Shown here piece by piece: positions 25,092-38,415 of a DNA stretch of 64,000 nucleotides (position 1 is the stretch's first letter; each line of letters begins with the position of its first letter). Location of the stretch: contig NC_043005.1 in the NCBI RefSeq assembly GCF_006345805.1, forward strand, positions 48,980,001 to 49,044,000. The letters run 5' to 3'. The notes under the pieces are model-generated. The model saw only the letters and a program-made list of their open reading frames with translations, did no database searches and had not been told where the DNA came from. The DNA comes from Octopus sinensis. Lineage: Eukaryota. A program made the position numbers and the translations under genes.

Positions 25092-25700
25092 TTGTTAAAC
25101 GTTTACACGTCTACAAAAAAGTATACTACCCAGCCGGCTCTATCGTGTCTGTGGATATACTCGGAATTGACCGTCGTGGTCAAGGTCGTGGCCGTGGCCG
25201 CGACCGTATTCGTGGTCATCCACGAGGAGGAGGAGGATCACGACAACGAGCACGAGTACGGCCACGAGCGCCAGCACGTGCGCCAGTACGAGCGCCAACA
25301 CGAGCGCGAGCATGAACGCGAGCATGAGCGCGAGCATGAGCGCGAGCACGAGCGCCAGTACGTGCGCCAGTACGTGCGCCAGTACGTGCGGCAGTACGTG
25401 CGCCAGTACGTGCGCCAGTACATGCACCAGTACGAGCGCGAGCAGGAGCACCAGCACGATCACCAGCACGAGCGCCAGCACGTGCACCAGTACGAGCGCG
25501 AGCACGAACGCCAATACGAACGCAAGCGCGAGCAGGAGCACGAGCACGAGCACGAGTACGAGCGCCAACAGGAGCACGAGCGCGAGTACGGCCACGACAA
25601 GGACGCAGTTAAGAGCACGAGCACGACCTCGACAACTAGCACAATCACGAACACGGGAACAACCATGACCACGACCAGAACAACGCTCAAAAACCGGTGA
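25092..25700 (+). CDS. Candidate His/Glu/Arg/Gln/Tyr-rich tetrad-repeat protein (HERE/YVRQ); may instead be a non-coding CpG-rich minisatellite
   Basis: 202-codon open frame; 12-bp-period core ~25221-25600; many repeat variants are synonymous in this frame; no ATG start. Confidence 0.35.
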   Translation: MLNVYTSTKKYTTQPALSCLWIYSELTVVVKVVAVAATVFVVIHEEEEDHDNEHEYGHERQHVRQYERQHEREHEREHEREHEREHERQYVRQYVRQYVRQYVRQYVRQYMHQYEREQEHQHDHQHERQHVHQYEREHERQYERKREQEHEHEHEYERQQEHEREYGHDKDAVKSTSTTSTTSTITNTGTTMTTTRTTLKNR

Positions 25701-26031
25701 CAAACGTGTAACACGGGCAAACTACTCTGAATTGATCAATTGTCTCATTACACTGACTGACTTGTGCGTATTTGATGTTGGCCTCTTTCTAACCTCATTC
25801 TTTCATTTCTTCTTTTTTAATTTTTTTTGTAGCTGTTTATATTTTGGCATTGCTCCTGTGCGGCTAAAATCAGAACAATTTCTGTTTTTCTAGCACAGAT
25901 CTTTTCAATTTGTCTTATTTACTGGTTCATTGCATTTCTGACGGCCAGCATGACAACGGAATGTCACCGGTTTTACAGATTCTTGCCAATATACTTAGTA
26001 AAAACTATACACGCAGAAACACACGCATACA

Positions 26032-26066
<35 letters not shown>

Positions 26067-26384
26067 GATGTTTCAGCCTTTCGACTGCAATCATGCTGGA
26101 GCACCGCCATGAAGTGTTTTAGTTAATCATTTTTTTATAGTCTAGTAGTCACCGATATCTATTTGTCGAGCTATTTTGATTGTGCTCCTTTCTTGTTTGT
26201 TGTTACTACTACTACTACTACTACTACTACAAGTGGAGGAGGAGGGGATAGTGGAGGAGGGGGAGAGACGGGGATGGTAGGAGGAGGGGGAGAGGGGGAT
26301 GGTAGGAGGAGGAGGAGGGGAGATGGTAGGAGGAGGGGGAGAGGGGAGAGAGTAGGAGGAGGGAGAGTGTATGATATGATGACA

Positions 26385-26665
26385 CACTGGTGAAGAGTCT
26401 CCGTGGTTGCTGCAGACGAGTCCAGTCATTTGGGAGTCGCTCCGATACCTATACAAGGTTGATGCTGTGGGTGAACCACTGGATCATGTTTTCTCTACCC
26501 GCACTATCCGTGGTGATAGTGCAATTTCCAGGGATTCTACGGTTATTGAGCTTCTTCAGAGCGACACTGACTTCATTGGAGGTGATGGAATCGAGTCCTC
26601 AAGTGTCGTTGGTTGTGGCTGTGTCTGCAGTGGTGGTTAGGCTGGGATCGATTGAGGCGGTTGGG
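26385..26665 (-). mobile_element. RTE LINE segment (pre-RT/domain 0), inverted
   Basis: Minus strand SITSNEVSVALKKLNNRRIPG...MIQWFTHSINLV*VSERLPNDW. Confidence 0.7.
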
Positions 26666-26669
26666 TGAT

Positions 26670-27310
26670 GGAGAAGTTTGTCAGCTCTCCACAGTCACTA
26701 ACAATGGATACCTGACCCCGGAGATCAACTGCAGATGTGGTTTGGCCGCTGGGATCACGTGCTCCTTATGGAAGGCCCTCTGGCTCCAAGGCTTTATATC
26801 CCGGAAGACGAAGCTCAGCATCTACAACGCATCGGTCCTCTCCCTTCTCTGTGGAGCAGAAACATGGTCCCTCTCAAAGACCCTGACAAAGAGAATCGAC
26901 GACTTTGATAGCAGAGCCCTAAGAACCACCGAAAACATCAGATGGCATGTTTCCAACAAGAACTGCATGCGCATATATCAGCCCACAGACTCCTACTTCA
27001 TGGCTATCTGTCGCATGCGCTGATACGCACATGTCCTCCGTCTCCCGCTAGATCATCCTACCAGAACTTTACTCACATTTGACGCTGTAGCTACGGGCTG
27101 GAAAAGGTCGCGTGGCAGGTCCCGCATCAGATATTTAGACGTGATTGGGGAAGATCTCCAGAGGCTTGACGTCACCTTAAAGGATGCAGAAGGGCTGGCA
27201 CGAGACCGCCAGCGATGAGAGCACTGGTTGACCTGGTTGATTTTATGCATGATGGCGCCTCTGGGACTACCATCTTGGAATGAACCCAGCCCCATCAAGC
27301 AAGAGCATGA
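26670..27310 (+). mobile_element. RTE LINE 3' segment
   Basis: PEINCRCGLAAG...ISRKTKLSIYNASVLSLLCGAETWSLSKTLTKRIDDFDSRALRT; short repeat tail. Confidence 0.9.
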
Positions 27311-27792
27311 TGCGAAGCGAGCGAAGCAAAGCAATAAGAGTATCTCTACATGATCAATTTTAGCCACAAGAAATAATAACTAAATATCAATCGAGCTACG
27401 CCTCACTGTCTTAACAAGAAGGAAAGAAAAGATAACATAACCTGGAATATACTATCCTTGTCAGTGCATTACACCTTTCATCCATCAGAGACAGCAAAGC
27501 AAATGGAGGAAGATATCCCCCTTGGCATGCTCTTCTATATCTCAGATACAACCAAATAAATATAATCCAAACCACACAAACGTTTCAGTTATAGCTGCAC
27601 TACAGTAGTTTAGGCAAACCACAAGGGTTACAATATTGTGAGAGAATCACAGATCTCGATAAACTGGGCAGCGTTTGCCTGACACTACAACTCTTGCGAG
27701 AGAGACTCTACAACTCTTGCGCATCCGAAATGCGAATGGTGACTGCGTGCATTGCACAAGGGCCACAGGATCTTTCGCATTCCAAATTTTAC

Positions 27793-27842
<50 letters not shown>

Positions 27843-28404
27843 TGAATCATTGCAGGAATGAAGTGGATTCGATCCACCATAGCCAAATCTAAATTAACAC
27901 TTCAACAGAACTTTTCTCACAGTGGAACAATAGTTTTTCTGTGACAGTTTACATTTGTCAGATGCCTTAGCTAGGCCGAAATAATGTCTTCACCACTTGA
28001 TCCTTCTAACTTCTACTTCATCAAAAGCTAGAATTAAGATAACAAGTACCACCAACGAAATCTATTGTGCTCAACGATATGTCTATCCTTCTAGATAGTT
28101 ATAAAAACAAGAACCCTCAAGCTAAAGTGAGTTAGTTAGTGAGTGACAACTCAAGTAAGAGATAGCTACCATCAGTTAGTGAACGGACCGCTAGAACCAT
28201 GGTCAGAGGGAGAAATGAAGTTTACAATCAGCAACTAAGAGACAATTTGCCCCGATTCTCTCACTAGCTCACTTTATTTTTTCTTACAACACCATTCAAT
28301 CTCTATCTGTAATTACTACTACACAATGACGAGAACATAAACACAAAATATACAAGGAAAATCTAAGACATCTATCTTTACTTCGCATGCTTTACTTCGC
28401 ATGC

Positions 28405-28705
28405 TTTTTCTTCTACTATAGCCTCGGGCCGACCAAAGCCTTGTGAAGGGATTTGATAGACAGAAGCGGAAAGAAAAGCGTTGTGTGTGTGTGTGCGTCT
28501 TCGTGTTTACGTTTGTCCCCCCACAGCATCACCGCTTGACAACAGGTGTTGGTGTGTTTACGTCCCCGTAACTTAACGGTTTGGCATAAGAAACCCACAG
28601 AATACGTACTTTAAAAAAATAAGTCCTGGGGTCGATTTGTTCAACTAAAGTCCTTCAAGCATGGCCCAGCATGGCCGCAGTCAAATAACTGAAACAGGTA
28701 AAAGA
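28405..28705 (+). mobile_element. SINE family B, 5'-truncated
   Basis: tctactatagcctcgggccgaccaaagccttgtg...gaaacaggtaaaaga. Confidence 0.85.
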
Positions 28706-28887
28706 TACATAATGGAGGCGAACACCTTTATCCATGTGATCGGGTTGAAAAATTGTTAAGACACTAAGATATTTTTCAACTTCTTTTGACATGAAACCAA
28801 TGGTAGCCTTAATTCACAAATAAAGAAACTATATAATCACCAATGCAGTGTTGAGCACTCATTTCATCGTTCGACATTTACGTATTG

Positions 28888-28962
<75 letters not shown>

Positions 28963-29941
28963 AGTTCAGCAAAAATTTAGATTCAAATGAATATGGTGCT
29001 TACTTTAGATGCACCAGAATTCTGTATGGTGTTATCCATAAAAATCCTTGGAGTGATTATAATCAAAATAAGCAACAAGAATATATTTTTTGTATTAATG
29101 GAAAACCTCTATAATTGGCTGATGAATACTCAGCATTTTAAAACTGTTGTAATACTTACAACATTTAGTAAAATGTAGTACGAAACGATCGTACCAAATT
29201 ACCGGAGTCATTCTTGTTGCTTATTTTGAGAACATATATATATATATATATACAGAGGGAGAGAGGGAGAGGGGTGGAGAAAGAGAGAGCTTGTGAAGGT
29301 CCCCTAATCCTGTTAAGTATTTATAGTATCACATCCCTCTATACCTACCCATACCAACAACACACCGGCTAGCACCACCACCCCTCACACACAGACACTC
29401 TTCGACCCCTCCGCACCCTCCACCGTGCCTATCCGCCTAAACGATCGTGTGAAGTTAGTTTTAAAGCTTGTTGTCAGTTATCGCCGTTGCCACCATCGCC
29501 ATTATCAACTATCGTCGTCATCATCAGCATTATCATTATCATCATCATCTTATTCATAAATACTAATGTCAGATTAACGTTGTGTTTTTTTTTCTTTGTT
29601 TTGTGTTGGTTTTCTTTTAATTTATGTTTTTTTTTTTTTAATTTGTCAGTAATTATTAACATTGATCACGTCTGAACACTTTCTGCATTGAGTAATTAAG
29701 GTTATGTGTGTGATAAAAAAAAAAGAGGGAGAAAGAGGGGAGAGGGACAGAGTGGGGAGAGAGTGCGGGGGAGAGGAAGAGAGTGGGGGAAATGAGAGAG
29801 GGAGAGAGGGAAAGAAAGGTCTGACTGCAGAATTATGGATTTTATTTCAGCACATGCCTAAGTCCCGTCACAACTACTTACAAAGATCATTTATAGAATG
29901 CATGTGATCAAATTATAAACAAACACATCATAAACAAGATA

Positions 29942-29991
<50 letters not shown>

Positions 29992-30669
29992 GGTGGTGGT
30001 GGTGATGATTGTGGTGGGAGTGATGATGATGATGAGGAGGAGGAGGAGGAGGAGGAGGAGGATGAGGATATGGATGATGATGATGGTCGTGGTGGTGGTG
30101 GTGATGGTGGTTGATGATAAAAACAATAAATGTTGAGTTTTTTTATAAATAGGTATAAAATATGCGTTTGTCTTTGTATGCATATATGTGTGGATTTATG
30201 TCATATATAGTTATATACAGTCGTATGTATGTATGCATGTACGTACGTACGTATGTATATATGTATGAACACATTATGACTTTATGCATTGGTATATGTG
30301 TGTATGTGCATGTGTGTGTGTGTGTGTGTGAATGTGTGTGTGTGGATCTATATTTTCATTTGTATGTATTTCTACGTGTAACGGATGTTTGTTTGTAATC
30401 ATGTATGTGTATGTATAAGATATCTGGGGATGTATTCCTATTCTCAATTATATCCACTTATCTTTGAACGTGTTTGCGTGCGTGAGCCTATAATCACACA
30501 GATATACAACGGACAGACAATACACACAACACATACACACACACACACGCTCGCGCATCTCAAAAATCCAGGTTCGTTAATCCGATGTCGCATTAAATGC
30601 GAATACTTATTAATCTATATTTTTATTAATAACAACAATAAAAACAATAACGATAATAATATTAATATT

Positions 30670-30870
30670 AATGGTTTCAAATTTTGGCACAAGGCCAGCA
30701 GTTTTGAAGGCAGACGTCCAAATCGATTAAATTAACCCCAGTGCTCAACTGGTACTTATTTTATCGACCACAAAAGGATAAATGACAAAGTCGACCTCGG
30801 TGACATTTGAACTCAGAATCTAAAGTTGGACGAAACGCCGCTAAACATTTTGCCCGGCAAGCCAACTCGC
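30670..30870 (-). mobile_element. SINE family A, diverged
   Basis: ggtttcaaattttggcacaagg...aaagtcgacctcggtgacatttgaactcaga. Confidence 0.8.
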
Positions 30871-31014
30871 CGTTTCGTGCACATATGCTTGTGATGATAG
30901 ATATATTGAGCTTGGTATATTTGTACCCCAGTGTCACTTTGATGACATGTGCTGCTCTCTATATAACTCAATAATAATAATAATAATAATATAATAATAA
31001 TAATAATAATAATA

Positions 31015-31950
31015 AAGATTGAAAGAAGAAACATGGCAAAATATTTGGTAAACAGCAAACAAGACCTGCTACAATATGCTGCTAATGCAGAAGGATTTAC
31101 CATCAACAGACTTGAGAGTGTTAATGAATTCCTTTCACGAAAAGCCAACAAGAGAGAAGAAACTTTATTCTGCATGGAATTATATGGTCAGTTACACCGT
31201 AAAATTAACAACTGAAAAAAAAACAAGACGCATCATGAATGTGGTTCAGCAAGGGTGACCTTAATAAAAAGGCTGAAAGCCAAATCATCGCTGCCCAGGA
31301 TCAGGCATTGAATACCAGCTCAGTGGAAAAGGATATATACCACACAAGTGCAACGAACATCTGCATAATGAGTGGGAAGAAGGTCGAAAGCGTGACTCAC
31401 ATTGTTAGTGCTTGTGAAAGTCTTGCGCAGAAAGAGTACAAGCGCAGACACGATAAAGTAGACCAAAACCTTCACTGGCTACTATACCAGCAGTATGGAT
31501 ACGTGGTAACAGGTGTTTGATACCAACATACATCGGAAAAGGTAATGGGCGAAAACGAGAAGGCAAAGATCCTCTGAGATTTTGACTTCCAGACAGACAA
31601 GGTGTTAGATACAGTGACCTTTAGGAGGGACAAACAAGAATGCCTAATAGTCGACGTGGCAATGCCAGGAGATTAACATATTATGAAAGAAAGAAAAGGT
31701 TGATAAATATGGAAACCTGAGAGTTGAGATCATCAAGATGTGACAGCTAAAAGGGTCAAACATAAAGGTTGTCCCTGTTGTTATTGGAGCATTGGGTTCA
31801 ATACCACCCAACCTGAAGAAACATCTGGAAACTTTATAAATACCCTACAATTTAGGTGTATAGCAAAAATCAGCTTTACTCGGAGCTGCACACATATTGT
31901 GTAAAGTACTGTCTGTCTGAGATCGTTGTTGTGATTTGACAGCCAGTACA
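31015..31950 (+). mobile_element. RLE-type (R4/Dong-like) LINE 3' remnant following (AAT)n
   Basis: IIAAQDQALNT, CCHC-like C..SGKKVESVTHIVSACESLAQKEYKRRHDKV, KAKIL*DFDFQTDK, CLIVDVAMPG, VVPVVIGALG. Confidence 0.9.
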
Positions 31951-31984
31951 AACCTCCGGTAGACACAATTCATTAAAAGGAGGA

Positions 31985-33285
31985 GACAGTTATAAGTATC
32001 TAAAAGTCTTAGAATATTGCAGAGTACTATCTATAGAAATGAAAACGAAAATTGAAAAGGAGTACATCAGAAAGGTAAGGAAGCTGATGAATTCAAAGCT
32101 AAATAGTCCGAATCTAGTTAAGACTGTAAATACTTGCTTAGTATCATTACTTAGATACTCAGTAGCTTTTGTAGATTGGACAAAAACTGAATTACCAAAG
32201 CTGGACAGAAGAACTAGGAAGGAATTCATTATGAATGGAGACTCCATGCAAGGGCAGGAGTAGCAAGATTATAATTACCTAGAAAGGAAGGTGGAAGAGG
32301 GTTAATATCAGTAGAAGACTTTGTGGAGTTAGCTAGAGTAGATTTAGACTCCTATGTAGGTAATAGTGAAAAACGTTTATTGAAAGCTGCTAGAGTCACA
32401 GAAAAGCATAGGGAAACCAAAAGACAAACGAAGTTAAAAAAAAAACAGAGAAAAAAATAAAAGTTATCTAACTGGCAGGAGAATGTTTTGCATGGAAGAT
32501 TCCCAAATATAGTTGCGCAAATAGTAGTAGTGAGACATGATTATGGTTGCAGAAAGGAAGGCTGAAAAAAAAGACATAAAGTTAGACAGCACAAGATCAA
32601 GCATTAAGGACTAATTGGATAAAAGCCGAGATAGGAAAAAACCAAGTACATTCCCAATGTAGGCTACGCAAATCAATAGAGGAAAGCTTACTCGTATTGT
32701 AAGTGAATGTAGTATGCTGGCACAGAAAGAATATAAGAAAAGATATGACAACCTAGGGAGAGTAATCCACTGGGAGTTATGTAGAAAGCTAGGATTTGAA
32801 CATACTGATAAATGATATGAACATGAACCTAGTAAAGTACTAGAAAGTAAGAAATATAAGATGTTGTGGGACTGACAGAGTAATAGAAGCTAGAAGGCCT
32901 GATTTAGTAGTAGATAAAGAGAATAGAAAGTGCCAGATAATTGACTTTACAGTCCCAAATGATGAAAAAATCAATATGAGAGGTATAGAAAAAAATAACA
33001 AAGTACCAGGTCCTAGCCATTGAATTACAGAGACTATGGAAAGTGCGGGTAAAATGTATCCTAGTAGTTATAGGTGCATTGGGAACTATCCCTGAAGATT
33101 TGAACAGATGAACAGATGAAATAAGAATAAAACCCAGTATAGTACAGCTGCAGAAAACAGTGTTATTAGGGACAGCTAGGATACTTAGGAGGGTTCTTGG
33201 CATCTAAAGTTACTTGTTGTAGCCCGATGTTAGGATTTTTTTCTTTTCCAACAGTCTAATCTGTTGTGTGTACATGAATGATAAT
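31985..33285 (+). mobile_element. Second R4/Dong-like LINE 3' remnant
   Basis: KEYIRKVRKLMNSKLN...LRYSVAFVDWTKTELPKLDRRTRK, LPRKEGGRGLISVED, ARRPDLVV, LQKTVLLGTARILRRVL. Confidence 0.9.
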
Positions 33286-33444
33286 TATTGTGGATGTTGA
33301 ATGTTACCCACGATAATTAACAACCATATTTCAAAGTTTATTATGTCCGGAAAGAGACCCTGTGAGACCTCTGGCAGCAGAATGCTGTCTGCTCTCACAG
33401 AATCTAGCAGAGCAAACAAGATCGAGCACTCAGAGAAGTAAAAC

Positions 33445-33505
<61 letters not shown>

Positions 33506-34084
33506 GGGTTTTAAATTTTGGGCACAAACCCTGCAGTTTTTAGGGAGTGGGGTAACTCGATTGTACTAACCTCCAGTGCTTCACTGGTACTTATTTTGTT
33601 GACTCCGAAATGGTGAAAGGTAAAGTTGACCTTGGCTTAAATTGAAATGAGAAAGAAACAAGCCGGAATAAATATTGCAAAGCACTTTCATCCGACACGC
33701 CCTAATGATTTTGCCAATCCATCGCCCTTAATCATTTCTAATTTAGGTACATAGTCAGCAATTTTTAAAGGAGGAGGTTAGGAGATTAGTCGATACCATC
33801 AACCCCAGTACTTCACTGGTACTTTATTTTCTATCGACCCACCCCACCCCAGGGATGACAGGCAAAATTCACTTTAGCGGGATTTTAACTCAAAACTTAA
33901 GGGACCATAACTAAATACCACTCTATTGTAAACTTTCGAGCCAGGCCCCCCGCTTTGAGGATACCCTGCTCCCTCCTTCCCATCCGTTTTGAAAAACTTA
34001 AAACGGCTCGGAGGTCCTTCTCTTCCTCCTGACTAGGCAATAGTAGAAATTTACGGAAGTTTTGACGGTTGAAAATAATAAAGT

Positions 34085-34303
34085 AATCTTTTATTTTTCA
34101 CTTTTTTCAGTCAATAGACTGCGACAATGCTCCGTCACCACCTCAAAGAGTTGATGTTTTTAGTGGAACGAATCAACCCTAGTACTTTTTTGAAAGCCTG
34201 GCACTTACTCTATCAGTCTCTTTTGCTGAACAGCTAGATTGCGGGGATGAAAATGCACCAACACCGGTTGTCAAGCGGTGGTGGGGGATAAACACAGACA
34301 CAA

Positions 34304-34353
<50 letters not shown>

Positions 34354-34500
34354 GACGGGCTTCTTTCAGTTTCCATCTATTAAATTCACTCACAAGGCTT
34401 TGGTTGGCCCGGGCCTATAGTAGAAGACACTTACCCAAGGTGCTGCGCAATGGGATTGAATCCGGAAACATATGGTTGGGACGCAAACTTCTTACCACAC
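34085..34500 (-). mobile_element. SINE family B
   Basis: Same modules as other B copies, on the minus strand. Confidence 0.85.
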
Positions 34501-34749
34501 AGCCAAGCCAAGCCTATGTAGAACTAACGTGGGGTGGGGTTAATGGGCAGGCGAATGCAAAGCTGTCGTCTAATCTCTAGGCTTTTTTTTATATTTACTT
34601 AAGCCATTCCACATACACATTACCCTTGCATGCAATCATACATATACACATACATATGTACATACATGCATACATACAAAACCGTCTTGGGTTAAATATA
34701 GAGAACCCCCTACCGCCACACACACATACACTTTATTAAATGCATACAT

Positions 34750-35712
34750 AACCATCAACACAAAGAATAATGGTGAAATATTCCAAGCAAAACCTCTACC
34801 AAGTGCAAACATAACTGGTCGGATATTGTTGTGTGGTACAGAAAAGGAAAAGCATGTATCCTCGTGGATGTCAGCTGTGCTGCAGTTGAGAAGACCTCTT
34901 CAAAAATCAAAGAGAACGATGATAACTCTGGACAATTGCTTCGGAACCTTCAACTTCTATACCCAGAATATAAATTTACATTTCCACCAATTACAATTGT
35001 TCGGTGCACTTGGTTTTATGAGTAAATGCCTAATTGACAATCTGGAAAATCTGGGGGTTTTAGTAAAAGAAAACTAACACGCACATTGCAAGTCCGCGCT
35101 TGAGTATAATACGCCGGGGAGTTTTAGGGAGCTGTACCTCTGAAAAACCTAAACTTTGTGTATAATACGCACCCCTTCTCTAACTTGAGTCAAGGAGGTC
35201 TATATAACGTCCTTGGTTTGTAAAAATGTATACGGTAACGTCCTTTATTATTATTGTATATATAACAAAATGCAAACGTGTAGCTTTTTTGTGCATTTTG
35301 TTTGCAAAAAATAAAAAAATATCAGTAATAACGTTTAGTAACTGTTGCTTACTGCAAGTTATGGATGAATCTTTTATGACTTCATTGCTTTCAAGCTTAG
35401 CTTAAGGTATTTTCGCGCCTGACATCATAAAATGCGTCTGAATAAACATTGCCGAACAGCAAATAGAGACTTGGACATTGCTCAGAAAATAATTTTCATT
35501 TTTAACCTCGTATATAGTACACACTAGGGATTTTGACCTTTAAATTGGGGGGCGGGGGAATGCGGATTATACTCGAGGATTTACGGTATGCAAACTTTTC
35601 TCAAGCTCAAAATACAACAGTTTTTGCTATCTGCACTCCAAAGATGGAGATTCGTCTTTGTTAGAAACCAGCGCCTTCCTTACAGGAAGATTTCAAAAAT
35701 TAGAACAGAATG
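34750..35712 (+). mobile_element. RLE-type LINE family T, 3' remnant interrupted by a MITE
   Basis: HQHKE..WNIP.KTSTKCKHN..DIVVW, CILVDVSC, RNLQLLYPEYKF, GALG..SKCL; resumes after 35587. Confidence 0.8.
35099..35586. mobile_element. pogo-like MITE, left end truncated
   Basis: cttgagtataatacgc versus gcggattatactcgaggatttacgg followed by TA. Confidence 0.55.
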
Positions 35713-35734
35713 TTGCCTCAGTGGCAGCAAATGC

Positions 35735-35990
35735 CTAAGTGACAGTAAATGCCGAGGTAACAAACAATTTAGGTAAGCTAGAGTTTTCAGAAAAAGAAAT
35801 CAATCAACTAATTCGCACATTACAAATACAATCTGTAAGTGGAACAGTAAAACTATGCAAGACTTTTCTCAAGTTTAAAATGAGACATTGTTTTATTTAT
35901 CTACGTTCCAACGATAAAGCTTTGAATCTTTGTGAGAAACCAACTCCTTCCTCATAGGAAGAATTCAAATAATTAAAAACAGAAGAGAAC
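35735..35990 (+). mobile_element. LINE family T 3' end followed by (TACA)n
   Basis: LEFSEKEINQLIRTLQIQSVSGTVKLCKTFLKF, 3' UTR, then (TACA)n. Confidence 0.8.
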
Positions 35991-36016
35991 ATGTATACAT
36001 ACATACATACATACAT

Positions 36017-36047
<31 letters not shown>

Positions 36048-36059
36048 ACACACACACAC

Positions 36060-36110
<51 letters not shown>

Positions 36111-36134
36111 TACATACATATAAAAGAATTTATG

Positions 36135-36358
36135 TTCCTCTTTTACTCCTTTACTTGTTTCAGTCATTTGACTGTGGCCATGCTGGAACACTGACTTTTT
36201 AGTCGAGCAAATCGACCCCAGGACTGATTCTTTGTAAGCCTAGTACCTATTCTATCGGTTTCTTTTGCCGAACCGCTAAGTTACGGGGACGTAAACACAC
36301 CAGCATCACAGTTGTCAAGCGATGTTGGGGGAACAAACACAGACACACAAACACACAT

Positions 36359-36399
<41 letters not shown>

Positions 36400-36600
36400 T
36401 ATATATATATATTATATATATATATACATATATACAATGGGCTTCTTTCAGTTTCCGTCTACCAAATCCACTCACAAGGATTTGGTCGGCCCGAGGCTAT
36501 AGTAGAAGACACTTGCCCAAGGTGTCACGCAGTAGGACTGAACCCGCAACCATGTGGTTGGTAAGCAAGCTACTTACCACACAGCCACTCCTACGCCTAT
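36135..36600 (-). mobile_element. SINE family B
   Basis: Full-length match to the other copies. Confidence 0.9.
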
Positions 36601-36629
36601 AATTATTTGTTCATTTGTCTATGTTCGTA

Positions 36630-36900
36630 AATGCTTATGAGAACAATCTTTATAACCCAGGATTCTCAGTCAAAGAAAGAAAGAAGCTAAGAAGCATTTT
36701 ACAAATACACTCTTTTAATAGAGAAGTAAATATAGACAAAACTTCTCTAAAATTCGACATGTAATATCATTTTTGTTATCAAATTCTTGCGATGAAGCTT
36801 TGTTTTTTGTTGTTGTTTTTTTTTCCCATAGAAACAAGCTCCCCTTCCATGGAAAGAATTCAAATAATTCACACAAAAAGAAAGAGGAAAGAAACAACAT
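36630..36900 (+). mobile_element. LINE family T 3' end, diverged
   Basis: GFSVKE...ILQIHS; tail ccttccatggaaagaattcaaataatt...aacatacat. Confidence 0.55.
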
Positions 36901-37311
36901 ACATCACCGTCAAGGGCAGACGTACAGGTATAGAGAACCACCGTTTAAACCGTGTTTTCGGACGTTTCCCTCTACAATTAGCCGACCTAACCCGACACAG
37001 ATCAGGTAGATAAGCAACTGATTATTTAGCGATGCGGCAGGGTGGTGGAGGCATGAATGAGAGAAACACAGTTTATTTACCAATTTAACATTACTCTGAC
37101 AGATTTAAAAATTACTTTTCACCACATCAGATCCCTCTTACGATGTTGGCAAACATTCATAAATCCATATATATATTCATGCACTCTTACATTCAAACAT
37201 ACATACATATATACATACATACACACATACACACACACACACACACATACATACATACATACATACATACATACATACATACATACATACATACATACAT
37301 ACATACATACA

Positions 37312-37342
<31 letters not shown>

Positions 37343-37444
37343 TAGCATACATTTCTTCATAGATACACACACCTGCATAAACAACCACACACGCTCACAC
37401 ACACACGCACCACCCTGTGCCTTTAGCACTTATAACCAATAAAA

Positions 37445-38030
37445 GAAATCATCATCATCGTCATCATCATCGTCATCATCATCATCATCATTATTATTAT
37501 TGAGAGAACAGCGCATGTTATTAAAGTGACACTGGGGTACAAATATGCGAAATCCAATATACCCATCATGACTACCTGTTTGATAAAAGTACACCAGGCA
37601 CATGCATCAGGACCATATTTGTGCGACATGGTGATCTCATATCAAGATAAACAGAGCATAACCTTGTAGGTGGGGCCCAGTTAGAATTTTCATCAAGTCA
37701 AGAAGCCCATCCCACTCAAACGGTCCTTGAATAAGGGTTGCTTAAGGATGTTGAACGAAACACCCATGTTTCCAGAGACGAATTATTCAAACCCCAAAGA
37801 ATTCCTCTCAGCACATGGCTATGATGCTCCCCACTACTTTTGCTCGTGATCAGGAATGCACATATCGTCAGCCACTGGTTAAAGTCAAACGACTGACAAG
37901 CAAATCTGTGGTATTGAGCAGAATATTTGCTGTAGACCATCTTTTATACCAAGACAAAACAATGTACATGATAATACTTCCAATCAGTTAAGATCAAAAG
38001 CCATGAGAGCCACTGCCTGGTACTGCATCA
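37445..38030 (-). repeat. Interspersed repeat family E (~570 bp) between ATC/ATT tracts
   Basis: Reverse complement of 53545-54092; further pieces at 30870-30967 and 60095-60262. Confidence 0.85.
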
Positions 38031-38415
38031 GGAAATTATCATTATTATCATTATTATTATTATTAGCCGAGAATCTACTGTGATTCAAGGACCCAGAGGT
38101 TCTTGCCAATACATTTATTGGTTACTCTTTTAATTCCTCTGCTTCTAAACTCAAACACACACACACACACATGCCCATGCACATGTGCGTATTATTTACA
38201 TATGTATAAGGAGAGAGTAAGTATGCGTAATTTGTTTGTTTATGTGGAGATGATATTTGTTTTTTTTAAGACTATAAATATGTATACGTTGTTTGTAAAC
38301 TTTGTAAGAGTTTACACTTTGAGCACATTTAATTATAGTTTGTATAAGCACACATACATACATACATACATACATACATACATACATACATACATACATA
38401 CATACATACATACAT

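Noticed and set aside
25140-25703. 187-aa hydrophobic minus-strand ORF (VLAL repeats)
   Set aside because: It is the exact antisense of the HERE frame; unit variants are mostly non-synonymous in this reading.
27955-27995. cagatg...ggccgaaa...gtc hammerhead-like words
   Set aside because: The core is incomplete and there is no stem I.
36897-36990. Possible 69-nt minus-strand exon GKRPKTRFKRWFSIPVRLPLTV
   Set aside because: Poor polypyrimidine tract; the donor coincides with the ACATAC end of a LINE tail.
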